Under the pieces are notes generated by a model that searched no databases, had not been told where the DNA came from, and worked only from the letters and a program-made list of their open reading frames with translations. Positions 44,804 through 54,500 of a stretch of 64,000 nucleotides of DNA are shown in pieces. Both the position numbers and the translations under genes were made by a program. Numbering within the stretch: position 1 is the first letter of the stretch; the number at the start of each line of letters is the position of its first letter. Source of the stretch: a virus; IMG/VR virus record IMGVR_UViG_3300020442_000006, positions 64,001 through 128,000 of that record. One strand, given 5' to 3'.

Positions 44804-45045
44804 ATTGGTAGGACTCCTCTGCTTGTGCGTTTAACGTAGTTTAATTCTTGGGCATTAAACTTAATCTTATCCTTCAGCGGTTTGCTGATGAGTTTGTTAA
44901 CAGTGTCCACCTCAATGTCAAGATCATCACAGACAACAATGACTGCATCAATATAGTTGACAAGACCGTTGCTGTTTTTGACAACCTCTTCCACAGCAGC
45001 AGAAAATTTCGCTTGTGTCATAAATTTGTCTTTGTATTCCTTCAT
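44800..45045 (-). CDS. gp33: Late-transcription coactivator gp33
   Basis: YIDA.V..C....I.V..V.KLISKPLK.KI...A..LNY.K. Confidence 0.85.
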   Translation of the reverse strand: MKEYKDKFMTQAKFSAAVEEVVKNSNGLVNYIDAVIVVCDDLDIEVDTVNKLISKPLKDKIKFNAQELNYVKRTSRGVLPI

Positions 45046-45713
45046 TGTAGTTTTGACTGCATAAATTCGTTGATGTATTCAACAAGTAATTGGTAGTAAT
45101 AATCAAGATCAGTTTTCTGAATGACCTGCATAGATCCTTCTTCAGTGGCGATAAGAGTTACAATCTTATCAACCTTGACACCACACCGCTCGTAATACAT
45201 CACAGCGTATGCAGTTTCTTGAACAAAGTAGTTCTCAATCCAGTTTTCTTTCTTAGGTTTCGTAGAAGTTTTGAAATCAATGACTGCTAGTTCACCTTCA
45301 TACTCAGCGATGCAGTCTACTCGACCTGCAACACGGAGGTGATCACTGAACAAAGGACTTTCAAGAAGATGAATGTTGTCAATGTTCTTAAGAGTTTCCT
45401 TTGCTGTTCTGAATAAAAAGGATGCTAAAGGATTCTTATCGTCGAACTTGACAGTTTCATTCTTCAGATAACATTCTACCATACTATGAAACTTATTGCC
45501 ACGTGATGAAGCACGACCAGAGATCTTGTTTGCCTCTGCCTCTCCAACACGCTTTCTCCATTTCATAATCTTGTCCTTGGTCCGATGACTGGTGACAGTC
45601 GTCACGGAAGGATACCATTTGCCATCACCAACTTCATATAAACGAAGACCATTAGTTTTAGTAACAGCATTCATTTCAGTCAGTGGAACGGGAGGTCCCA
45701 CTAAGTTAAACAT
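45042..45713 (-). CDS. PD-(D/E)XK exonuclease (RecB/Cas4-like family)
   Basis: YPSVTTV, RGNKFH, AGRVDCI, VIDFKTS, Q..AYA motifs. Confidence 0.85.
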   Translation of the reverse strand: MFNLVGPPVPLTEMNAVTKTNGLRLYEVGDGKWYPSVTTVTSHRTKDKIMKWRKRVGEAEANKISGRASSRGNKFHSMVECYLKNETVKFDDKNPLASFLFRTAKETLKNIDNIHLLESPLFSDHLRVAGRVDCIAEYEGELAVIDFKTSTKPKKENWIENYFVQETAYAVMYYERCGVKVDKIVTLIATEEGSMQVIQKTDLDYYYQLLVEYINEFMQSKLQ

Positions 45714-45715
45714 AA

Positions 45716-46468
45716 TTAGAAACCAAGATTAATTTTGCTGATCAGATACTCTCGTACCAGACCAGAGCGAACGATGTCTTCAATACCAAACTCTACACAA
45801 TCAAACGAACTCATAGTCTGAATGATCTTCATAAAATCTAGAACACCGTTCTTCTCATTTGTTTTGATGAGGTCAGACTGTGTGTAGTCACCTGCGAAGA
45901 TGATCTTACAGTTCTCTCCCACCCTTGTAATTATACTATCTAATTCGTGAAAGTTCAAGTTACTAAACTCATCAACGATGACAATACAATTATCCATCGT
46001 GACACCACGGATGAATGAGGTTGACCAGAATGAAATAGTTTCCTGTGCTCTAAGATTATCGTAAAGCATTTCGAATGCAGCATCGTCTGGCATTTCGAAC
46101 ATATACTTCACCATATTCTTGTAAGGAATCTGGTATAGGTTTGACTTGTCCTCGTGATCACCTGGAAGGAAACCAATCTCCCTCGTAGGTACCAGAGAAC
46201 GCACCATATAAACCTTCTCATAATTATTATCAGGTTCAAGCACTTGTTTCAGTGCCATATACAGACTGATAAATGTTTTACCAGTACCTGCTGCACCGTG
46301 TAGACACAAGTTCTTACCTTCACCATAAGACTTGAACACTCTCTCCTGATTAGGAGTGATAGGTTCAATGGTTTTTAGATGTTCAAGATTGATAGGTTTC
46401 TTTCTTCGCATCTGTTTCGCTGAACGTGAAAATGATGATGAGGGTGTCTTCCTTTTCCTTTGTGGCAT
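45716..46468 (-). CDS. phoH: PhoH-family ATPase
   Basis: GAAGTGKT, RSLVP.R.IGFLPG, IRG.T, DE..N, GD..Q.D, DIVRSGLV. Confidence 0.95.
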   Translation of the reverse strand: MPQRKRKTPSSSFSRSAKQMRRKKPINLEHLKTIEPITPNQERVFKSYGEGKNLCLHGAAGTGKTFISLYMALKQVLEPDNNYEKVYMVRSLVPTREIGFLPGDHEDKSNLYQIPYKNMVKYMFEMPDDAAFEMLYDNLRAQETISFWSTSFIRGVTMDNCIVIVDEFSNLNFHELDSIITRVGENCKIIFAGDYTQSDLIKTNEKNGVLDFMKIIQTMSSFDCVEFGIEDIVRSGLVREYLISKINLGF

Positions 46469-46471
46469 AGT

Positions 46472-46702
46472 TTAAGTAAAGCGACTGAGGTTCGCTGCAG
46501 GGTGATTCTTTTGAATCTTTTGCATCACGTTTTTGAATCCTTCGGACTGTTTAGGTTTACCGTAAATAGTTCCGTTGGTTTGGTTGCCCAAGTATCTTTC
46601 CAACTCGGGATGTTCTTCTTTGTATTTATCGAGATCAGCGATCTTCATAAAGTTGGTCGTGATCTCTCCAGTCTCTTTGTTAATCCATTCGTAGGTTGGC
46701 AT
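46472..46702 (-). CDS. FmdB-like small protein lacking the zinc cysteines
   Basis: MPTYE N-terminus; F..V...I.K.HP motif. Confidence 0.65.
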   Translation of the reverse strand: MPTYEWINKETGEITTNFMKIADLDKYKEEHPELERYLGNQTNGTIYGKPKQSEGFKNVMQKIQKNHPAANLSRFT

Positions 46703-47302
46703 TTATCTGAGGTCCAAAGATTTTGTGTGAATACCGAACAATCCTCTGATAAAAATATTAAAAGAGAGACTCATTCGTGGGGTAAGATTTGTACCCTGTG
46801 GTACATAGTGTACTAGATGTGAGGGAAAAATACAAATCATCCCTTGTTGAGGGGTAACTTTATATAGGGAACTATTGTACATATTCCATCCCTCAATGTC
46901 TGGTTCGATCATCTTGTACTGATTCTTATTGAAGATCAATTCGGATGATCCCACAGGTGCTGTAAGGAATATGACACCACTGTACATACTATTAGTATGG
47001 TCGTGGGAGTCCGCTGCTTCACCATCATTCAGTTTACTGATCCAAGAATTAGTAACTTGGATGTCGTGCTTCTGACTGATACCTTGAACAGCATACACAT
47101 ACTGTTTGATGTGGTGGTTTGTCCATTCGACAAACTCTTTAGGCATTCTAGCAAGAACGTTAGGGTATTGCGTCAGTGCTCCACCACTAGGTACGCTTTC
47201 GAATGAAAAACCTGACACTACTTCAGTAACGTCAGGCATCTTACCATCATTATCAATGTAAAGAGGAGATGAAAACAATGGAATAACTTCCATCGTCATC
47301 AA
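46703..47302 (-). CDS. 2OG-Fe(II) oxygenase (TIGR02466-like)
   Basis: SW, HDHTNSMYSGV, IFPSHL.H, R.SLSFNI. Confidence 0.85.
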   Translation of the reverse strand: MMTMEVIPLFSSPLYIDNDGKMPDVTEVVSGFSFESVPSGGALTQYPNVLARMPKEFVEWTNHHIKQYVYAVQGISQKHDIQVTNSWISKLNDGEAADSHDHTNSMYSGVIFLTAPVGSSELIFNKNQYKMIEPDIEGWNMYNSSLYKVTPQQGMICIFPSHLVHYVPQGTNLTPRMSLSFNIFIRGLFGIHTKSLDLR

Positions 47303-48021
47303 TCAATCCTCAAGCAAGGTTGTAGATCATCCCAATCCTCAGGACAACCACAGTCTTCATCTGGACACCAGTCAAGTGCACTAGAAATGATAGGGAACTG
47401 ACAGATGAAGTGTGTCTTCACGATGTCAGCGATACGTTTGTGCTCTAGTTGCGTACCGTTCTTCTCACGCAACTGAATATAATGAATCCAGTTACGAAGA
47501 TTACCTGTCATATAAAGTTTGGTTGGTGTGGCGAGTGGAAGCACAAATCTTGCACACTCTTTTGCGATCCCATCCTCTACCATTTTCTTGTAGAGATCCA
47601 TCGCTTCATCAAAATGTTTTGCAACTAGAATCTCATAACGTTGCTTAGTATATTCATCAACGTCATCGATACTGTTCTGTCTGTTCTTTGTATCTTGTCT
47701 GCGTAGATCAAACATAGGAATTTTATTGTCCAACTGTGATGCATCAGCATACCGTTGGGAAAACTCTTGGAATGTGAATGACCTGTGTCTCAAGATCTGA
47801 GCAGCGATTGCTCTAGTCGTACTGATTTCCAGAGTCATACTTGCCTGCTCAAACACAGACCAGTGACCGTGCTTAATACAATACTTAAGGAGTCCTGATA
47901 CGTTAGGGTTCTCCTGATTCTTGGGGTTGCTTACGCGAGCGATGTATCCGATAGTCTTCTCAGCGTCAGGTGTGACAGAGACTAGGCATACCTTGGTGGT
48001 GTCAGTCGGCATTAGTAACAA
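47299..48021 (-). CDS. thyX: Flavin-dependent thymidylate synthase ThyX
   Basis: HWSVFE, RHRSFTFQEFSQRY signature, E.ARFVLP, GNLRNW. Confidence 0.95.
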   Translation of the reverse strand: MLLMPTDTTKVCLVSVTPDAEKTIGYIARVSNPKNQENPNVSGLLKYCIKHGHWSVFEQASMTLEISTTRAIAAQILRHRSFTFQEFSQRYADASQLDNKIPMFDLRRQDTKNRQNSIDDVDEYTKQRYEILVAKHFDEAMDLYKKMVEDGIAKECARFVLPLATPTKLYMTGNLRNWIHYIQLREKNGTQLEHKRIADIVKTHFICQFPIISSALDWCPDEDCGCPEDWDDLQPCLRID

Positions 48022-48268
48022 ATCTGATAATTACAATCATACAAAATGCGTGGAGATAGTTCAGTGTCTTTAGACCAAAGAGGTAAGGCATTAAACCATT
48101 CCAACATACCATCAGAAGTAGCGGTCCGAGAAGGAAAACTCCAATGAACTTTCCAACTTGCTCGGGTGTGACTTCGTATTCTGGTTTCTTGATCTCATCA
48201 GGAGCATCTTTCTGCCCCCTCATATAGATCATTTTTTCTTTCCAGGTTTCTCTGGGTTTGGATTCCAT
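48002..48268 (-). CDS. Membrane protein (2 TM)
   Basis: ORF track; hydrophobic C-terminal half. Confidence 0.65.
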   Translation of the reverse strand: MESKPRETWKEKMIYMRGQKDAPDEIKKPEYEVTPEQVGKFIGVFLLGPLLLMVCWNGLMPYLFGLKTLNYLHAFCMIVIIRFVTNAD

Positions 48269-48483
48269 AATTTAGGTGAGATTCTTCCTTGTGTTTGTTC
48301 AAATCCTTTGAACTTCTTCTTGTACTTGTCGTAGTAATGATCAAAGATTTTGACCTGTACTCCCATCACTATATCATACTTTGGTTGATCCTTCTCGTCA
48401 AGATAATTAACAAGATAGGCATTGTTAGGAAGGTCGCGATTGTTCGCGTCCTCAGGACGTGCATTCTCTTTAATCATTTTCAT
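48229..48483 (-). CDS. Hypothetical protein (84 aa)
   Basis: ORF track; FD.YYD and P.LW motifs. Confidence 0.7.
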   Translation of the reverse strand: MKMIKENARPEDANNRDLPNNAYLVNYLDEKDQPKYDIVMGVQVKIFDHYYDKYKKKFKGFEQTQGRISPKLWNPNPEKPGKKK

Positions 48484-48929
48484 CAGGCAGAACCCCGATT
48501 ACCCCAGTTGATTGATGGGAACGCTTCACTTACAACGTTCTTTGTGATGCGAAACTTCTTGTGCAGTTTCTTATCCTTTACAAGACAGAGGATCTTCGCT
48601 TCATCTGCGTGCAATCCTTCGCACATTTGGATGAACATATTCTCTCGTTGCATACGAGGTACATTCTCAGCACCACCCTTGATGAAGTAATAGAACTTAC
48701 GTCCTTCCTTCTCTAGAAGAGTATGCTCTGTGCCTTGAGGTGCATCGTTAGGTGTGTAAGGTACTTCACCCTCGGGTACAACAGACTGTACAGTCTCATC
48801 AAAGTTCCAGATGAACAGAGACCTGAGTGCCTGTGAATTATTTTCTTGAAGGATTTTCACCTTCTCTGCTTTTGTCTTAGCGTTGTGCGCTTTCTGCAGA
48901 ATTTCTGAGATCATAAGTTTGAATGCCAT
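48483..48929 (-). CDS. Conserved T4-like hypothetical protein (148 aa) downstream of rnh
   Basis: P.GE.PY.P, RE.MFIQ..EGLH..EA. Confidence 0.75.
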   Translation of the reverse strand: MAFKLMISEILQKAHNAKTKAEKVKILQENNSQALRSLFIWNFDETVQSVVPEGEVPYTPNDAPQGTEHTLLEKEGRKFYYFIKGGAENVPRMQRENMFIQMCEGLHADEAKILCLVKDKKLHKKFRITKNVVSEAFPSINWGNRGSA

Positions 48930-48931
48930 AG

Positions 48932-49801
48932 TTAAAAGTCTCCGATCTGTTGGAGCAAATCATTTAGTTCGTTGTCTACAAGATACTTCCACACGTACTT
49001 ACGTGCAGGAGGATTAAAACTCTCATAGTTATCTATAATCTTTTCTTCAACCTCTTTTGGGATACAAGAAAAGTCTATCAGAGTTTTGTTCCTTTCGTAG
49101 TTTGCTTTGTTTTCCTCAGGGATGTAGTCCACGTTCTGTGCCCAGACATCTATCTTCTTACGTGCCAGAGGGCGCTGTCTGCGTCCTTCTGTGAGGCAGG
49201 AGTCATCTGATAGGACGTTGGGGATTCCGTCGCTTCTATCGCCTTTGAGGATGTGCTCAGAGATGTAGATGTGAGGGTCTACACCGTTCACATACTTCTT
49301 GAGGCAGGGATTGTACTGGGTGACAAATCTAAAGCGTTGAAGTTGGATGAAGTCTTTATCTCCAGAGAGAATCAAGACCTTCTGAGCAGGTTGCATATTG
49401 TTTTGCAGTCGTATGTTCTTCAGACCTTGGTCCTTAACAAGAACTGCGATGATGTCATCTGCTTCAGCACCATCAACTTCGACAACTTTATATGGAAGTG
49501 ACTCTCTGAACTCATCCTTAAGTTTATTAAGGAGGTCAAAGATGTTGTTCCAGTTGTGCTTGGACTTCTCTCGATCCTTCTTCCTCGTACCTTTATAGTA
49601 AGGAAAGTATTCACGTCGCCAGTAATGTTTACTGTCATAACAAAGGACTAATTCACCGTACTCTTTCCGAAACTCGTGGCGATAATTTCGCAGTGAGTTA
49701 AGGATCATATGGCGAACCAGTCCTTCCTGTAGTTCTTCAGATTGTGTCAAACTAACCATCAGGTTAGCGATCATTACCTGATTCATATCGACCAGGATCA
49801 T
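48932..49801 (-). CDS. rnh: T4-type RNase H / 5'-3' exonuclease
   Basis: ILVD, YKG.R, EADD.I, S.DKDF.QL, GDRSDGIPN. Confidence 0.95.
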   Translation of the reverse strand: MILVDMNQVMIANLMVSLTQSEELQEGLVRHMILNSLRNYRHEFRKEYGELVLCYDSKHYWRREYFPYYKGTRKKDREKSKHNWNNIFDLLNKLKDEFRESLPYKVVEVDGAEADDIIAVLVKDQGLKNIRLQNNMQPAQKVLILSGDKDFIQLQRFRFVTQYNPCLKKYVNGVDPHIYISEHILKGDRSDGIPNVLSDDSCLTEGRRQRPLARKKIDVWAQNVDYIPEENKANYERNKTLIDFSCIPKEVEEKIIDNYESFNPPARKYVWKYLVDNELNDLLQQIGDF

Positions 49802-49804
49802 AAC

Positions 49805-50047
49805 TCAGTCGTCATCTTCAGCGTCTAGTGTATCATCATTGTCCGTGAATCGCAAGTAAAGTAGTTCTGATTGATCTACATTACCATCTTCATCTAGCAT
49901 CTCAGGATGCACAATGGACTTTGCGTATGCTGCATTGTCAATGTATGCATCAACGTAGTCTTTCGCTGTCCAAGTTACCAGTCCTCCAATGAGGAATGCT
50001 CCTATGATTGCGAAGACATATAATGCTGTGACCATCGGTCTCTCCAA
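49805..50047 (-). CDS. Single-TM protein with HPEMLDE.G motif (DUF2973-like)
   Basis: ORF track; TATAAATA at 50103-50096 upstream. Confidence 0.65.
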   Translation of the reverse strand: MERPMVTALYVFAIIGAFLIGGLVTWTAKDYVDAYIDNAAYAKSIVHPEMLDEDGNVDQSELLYLRFTDNDDTLDAEDDD

Positions 50048-50098
50048 GTAAGGTGAACAAAGGGTGCAAGATAGAGACCTCCTATAACTCTGATTTAT

Positions 50099-50341
50099 TT
50101 ATAGAAGACCTTGGGATCTAAACTGTGTGATGGTTTCATTGCATCCACCAGTCCTTTTCCCATCTACGATTAGTTGTGGGAATGTAGCAGAGCGACCAAA
50201 CTCTTCCCAGAATTGTGGACGTGTGAAGTTCACATCAAGTTTCTGTTCTTGGAACTTCCATCCCTTCATCTCGTAGAGTTTTTTAATTTTAACACAGAAG
50301 GGACAACCTTCACGAGTGTAGATAATAGTGTTGCTTGGCAT
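50099..50341 (-). CDS. nrdC: Glutaredoxin (NrdC/NrdH-like)
   Basis: CPFC active site; TFPQ; GG motif. Confidence 0.9.
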   Translation of the reverse strand: MPSNTIIYTREGCPFCVKIKKLYEMKGWKFQEQKLDVNFTRPQFWEEFGRSATFPQLIVDGKRTGGCNETITQFRSQGLL

Positions 50342-50356
50342 CAGTCTTCAGAGAAT

Positions 50357-50379
50357 AAAAAAGGGAGCGAGTGCTCCCT
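50357..50379 (-). terminator. Intrinsic terminator after the porin gene
   Basis: AGGGAGC-actc-GCTCCCT plus T-run. Confidence 0.8.
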
Positions 50380-50403
50380 AGTATCTATTATAGTACGAAA
50401 CAA

Positions 50404-50772
50404 TTAGAATGCGTACTTAACTCCGAGTTTACCACCAAATGAGGTGTCCTTAACATCGTCTGTCAAGAAAGAAACTTCACCATATACTCCAACTGCCTCA
50501 GAAACAGCAACACCAAGTCCGCCCTTACCAGAGAACTCAGTCTTACCGTCAGCACCGTCAACAGAAATCAAACTTGGACCTGCCTGCACGTAGTATGAAG
50601 CAGCGCCAGTAGTACCCTCGTAACCCACGTGAAGATCTGTGGTTGCACCAGTGTAGTCAGATCCCGTCCAACCCGCATTGGTTTCTACGTTGACGTAGGG
50701 TCCTGCAATGGATGCAGATGGGGCAGCAATAGCGGTTGCTGCAGCAAGAGCAGCGAATGCAGTTTTAATCAT
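50404..50772 (-). CDS. Small outer-membrane beta-barrel/porin-like protein
   Basis: Signal peptide MIKTAFAALAA..., alternating beta-strands, terminal Phe (KYAF); TATAAATA at 50847-50840; track start 50832. Confidence 0.75.
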   Translation of the reverse strand: MIKTAFAALAAATAIAAPSASIAGPYVNVETNAGWTGSDYTGATTDLHVGYEGTTGAASYYVQAGPSLISVDGADGKTEFSGKGGLGVAVSEAVGVYGEVSFLTDDVKDTSFGGKLGVKYAF

Positions 50773-50869
50773 TGAAATTTTACTCCTTAAAATAGAAATG
50801 GACAATTCGTGTTTACGATGCGCTTCGAGCACGAATGGTTATTTATACACAAAATGTTTCATTGTGTAA

Positions 50870-50954
50870 CGGAAAAGGTGGGATTCGAACCCACGGACGC
50901 TCTCACGTCGTCGGTTTTCAAGACCGATGCCATCAACCACTCGACCACTTTTCC
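50870..50954 (-). tRNA. trnS: tRNA-Ser(UGA) with long variable arm; CCA not encoded
   Basis: GGAAAAG/CTTTTCC acceptor, TCGGT-CTTGAAA-ACCGA anticodon arm, GTGGG-TTCGAAT-CCCAC T-arm, G discriminator. Confidence 0.95.
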
Positions 50955-51142
50955 TTGTATTTGAAAACGCCAGAGCGATCATACACCAAACGATAGTTAT
51001 CTGTCAACACATAGTGACCAGTAATATCAGAACCGTCACAGTGATACCCATACGAAATGACTGACTCGTAAACACCATCAATGCAGAACTTCTTTTCCTT
51101 GTCAGCAAGGTAGGAGTGATAGTATTCATCGAGGTTTATCAT
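50933..51142 (-). CDS. Hypothetical protein (69 aa); last codons lie inside tRNA-Ser
   Basis: Track ORF 50933..51175; probable ATG at 51142. Confidence 0.7.
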   Translation of the reverse strand: MINLDEYYHSYLADKEKKFCIDGVYESVISYGYHCDGSDITGHYVLTDNYRLVYDRSGVFKYKEKWSSG

Positions 51143-51312
51143 TGGTTTTGAATCTCCTTCAAACGACGGTGGCAATAGTCAAGGAGTTCATCACGGTACC
51201 CTAAGAGTTCGTGATAGCACTCCTGATTATGTGCACAATTTCTTAACGCAGGATCAGGTTTGTGAAGACTCTCGATCAGCAGGGTCATCCCCCGTATCTG
51301 TTTGTCCTTCAT
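51139..51312 (-). CDS. Small protein (57 aa) with CAHNQECYHEL motif
   Basis: Manual translation MKDKQIRGMTLLIESLHKPDPALRNCAHNQECYHELLGYRDELLDYCHRRLKEIQNQ; GGAGG upstream; ATGA coupling. Confidence 0.7.
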   Translation of the reverse strand: MKDKQIRGMTLLIESLHKPDPALRNCAHNQECYHELLGYRDELLDYCHRRLKEIQNQ

Positions 51313-51511
51313 TCATTTCCTCCTGTGTTGAATCCTTAACATTATATAGAGAACCGTCAAGTCTGGCAACTTCTCCGAGGGGAGATTTGAAAAACTTACG
51401 GATTTTCTTTAGTTTCTTTGCCGCTTTTCTCTGGTCTCCAGACTTGAGTGCTCCTTTAACAGCATCCAACTCCATCTTAGACTTGAGGAAACGACGGTCC
51501 CAATAATCCAT
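51254..51511 (-). CDS. Basic helical hypothetical protein (85 aa)
   Basis: ORF track; TAATG-coupled to 51511..55167. Confidence 0.6.
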   Translation of the reverse strand: MDYWDRRFLKSKMELDAVKGALKSGDQRKAAKKLKKIRKFFKSPLGEVARLDGSLYNVKDSTQEEMNEGQTDTGDDPADRESSQT

Positions 51512-54500
51512 TAGTCAGTATCTTTAATTACTATGTTGAAATACCTTATCTGTGTGGGTTGATAAGGCGTCCTATTACTATACCATACATTGCTAGTTTT
51601 GTCGTGCATCTTCTGGTACAGTGCCATCCTAGCGTTGCGTTTGTACCTACCAGTCGTGGCATCTCTTACAAGAACTTTCTTCGGTAGGTTAGTTTGATTA
51701 GGATAGTACGGTGACTGTGCTTCTGAACCATCAGAATACTGTAAGTCTGCAGGTGGCCACTGAATATTAATCACATCGTCAGTATCATATCTCTTACCAT
51801 AATCAAACACGTCAGAGATACTTACCATACCAAACCATCCATACTTATCAAACTTATATGAATCACCAGAATCATAATGATCTTGGAATACAACTCTGAT
51901 CTTGAGTCTGAAATGCAGTCCACCTTTGTCTCTATAATCTGTCCTAAAGATTACGTTTTGACCTGCAGTAGTTTTTTCCATCCAATACTGGTGGAATGAA
52001 GTGGCATTACCATTCTCATACAGGAAGAAACTCTGGAAGATCTCATTCATATTAACTGCATACTCATTACCTGTAGTGCTCTGGTTGTTGACCACCAACG
52101 CTCCAGGTTGTCTAGGAATTGTTAGGTCACTGTAACTGTCAAGTTCAATGTCTTGAATCCTACCTTGGTTTTCAGCAGGGTCGGGACACTGATCACTATT
52201 GATTGCTGTCACTTTGAATCCTAACATATACCACTTAGGACCACTCCAAGTAATGCCATCAAATCCGCGTTGATCTGTATTGAAATATTCATCCTGATTA
52301 TCAATGTGTAAATTAAATTCATCGTTAACTTTGAAACCACCACTACCCCAGTCTTCGACACTATCAAGGTACCATCTGACAAAATATTGCTCTGCATCCT
52401 CAACGAGATACTTGAGTCTAACTGAGAATCCATTCTTTGCGACGACATCAACGAACCCTGTGTCACCATCTTCCATATCTTGTGCAACATCTTTACCATT
52501 AATGATCCTACATCTCTGTGATGATCTCTCGTGATTATCCAAATAGACGTTTGCTGCTTGGTCAACTACTTTATTTGTGAGTACAGTTGTGTAATCTTCT
52601 TTATCTGGATCATCATCCAAGTGATTATCCCAAACAAATAACTGACCACTGATAGGTAGACCACACGGTTCTGTAATATCAGGACCTGATTGTGGTTGTC
52701 CCTCTGCCTGATCCTTACTATCAGTTCCATAACTATGTGACTGTGTGATCAGATTGACAGTCCAAGTGTTTACATATACACCTTCGTTCTCATCCCTCAA
52801 TGCAAAGGCAGGAGATGTCTTTCCATTGTAGTGTCCTGTGTTAATTGCTTTAATTTTGAATACTAAGTTGTCTCCCTTCTCTACATTAAACGTATGTAAG
52901 ACAGCACCGATCCTTTTCCATTCAGATACTAGTGACTTCTCTTCATAGATTACATTACCATTTAATTTGAGTTGCCAAGTGAACTTGGTACAGTCACCAT
53001 AACCTGCAGTCATACCACCGTGTGATCTGATGGTCATTGTTGTAGTCTTTGCAATCTTAACTTTCTGTACTCTGTTTATACTGTTCGCATAGTCACCCTT
53101 ACATTTACCACACTCCCACTGGTCAGCACCTGTCTTAGGATGTTCTGAATAGTTTCCACACTCAGTACGAGTCAGCATCACGTCACCGAATGCTCCTTCC
53201 TTAAATGCTGCCTTCTCACAATCATCTTGAGTGTTTATAGATGCGAAGACTGGTTGTGCAGGTTCAGAGAAGACATAACATTCAATACCTTCATAGTAAT
53301 ACTCACTGTCACCATAACCTACTTTATATGATAGGCGAGTGTCATTATAATCTTCATCACCAGACCATAAGTCCTCCCAGTATTGCCAAACAGCATCTGG
53401 CCACTTAGTCATATCTTTCTTGCCAGGGTTCAGTCTCCTGTCTGAGAACCATACATATCCATTCTGTTTAGGGTGACTGTTCTGACCATTGGTTGTGTAC
53501 CCATCACCGTACTGATTATTGTGTGCTACAAATGTGATGTCTTGACCATCACTTGCACCACCACGTCCACCATCAGGAATCATAAAGAACCCGAGGTTGC
53601 AGGGCATATAAGAATTGATTTCGTCCTTAGGAATAGATCTATGGAATGTACCAGAAGAATCAGTAGCGTTTGCTAGAAGAACCCGACCAAAGATAGGTAC
53701 ATTGTTTTCATCTGTGACGTACCATCCAATAGTATTATCATACTGAGCACTACCACGTCGTGTATTCAAAGTAATCTTGAGTCTAGACTCAGCAGGGGTA
53801 TCAAACCTGAATATATTGTTCTTGAGATCTGGTGCTCTCATTACTTTCCCAAGTGGTTCAATAGAATATTTGTGATCATTACCCTCAAAACTATAGTAAC
53901 GATGGAGAGCAGCAGGTTCCTCACCTTCCATCAGTTCTGAGATCATATCCTCTGCCTCTCTGTACCCAAAGAAGAGAACCTCATCACGTGGTTGGTATCC
54001 ACCTGCATCTAGATCTGCTTGCTCCCCTGCAGGGTCAGAGAGCAACTGAGTGTCCTGTCTGGATGCTGAGAATGTCCTATAGACAGGGACGCTGCGTCCT
54101 GTACCAGAGGGTACAAGGTTACCGTACCACCTGATACCACCCATCTCATAACCTGCATCAGGTATATCAAACTTGCCATAGCGATGATCTCTACCGAGGT
54201 TATTGTTACCTAGGATAGAGAACCTTGCGTTGGCATCGTTACCATCATTATCTTTGAATGCAATCGACTTATTATTACCATAGTTCTTATCATTATCAAC
54301 TGAGTATCCAGAACCAGATAGTCCTGTATAACTGATGGTGTAATCCCCAGGTGCTAGTGTGAGTGCTTGCGTTAACTTTCCTTTCTCTCCACTTCTAGTG
54401 AACGTAGTACCACTAACTGTCACAGTATCTACAGCAGTGCCTGCTGTCCTAGGATTATCATCCCACTGAAGTTCAAAACTAATTGTCTGTGATGTGTTAC

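Noticed and set aside
45042-45713. Cas4-like nuclease as evidence of a CRISPR system
   Set aside because: No repeat-spacer array or other cas genes seen; it sits at the usual exonuclease position between phoH and gp33
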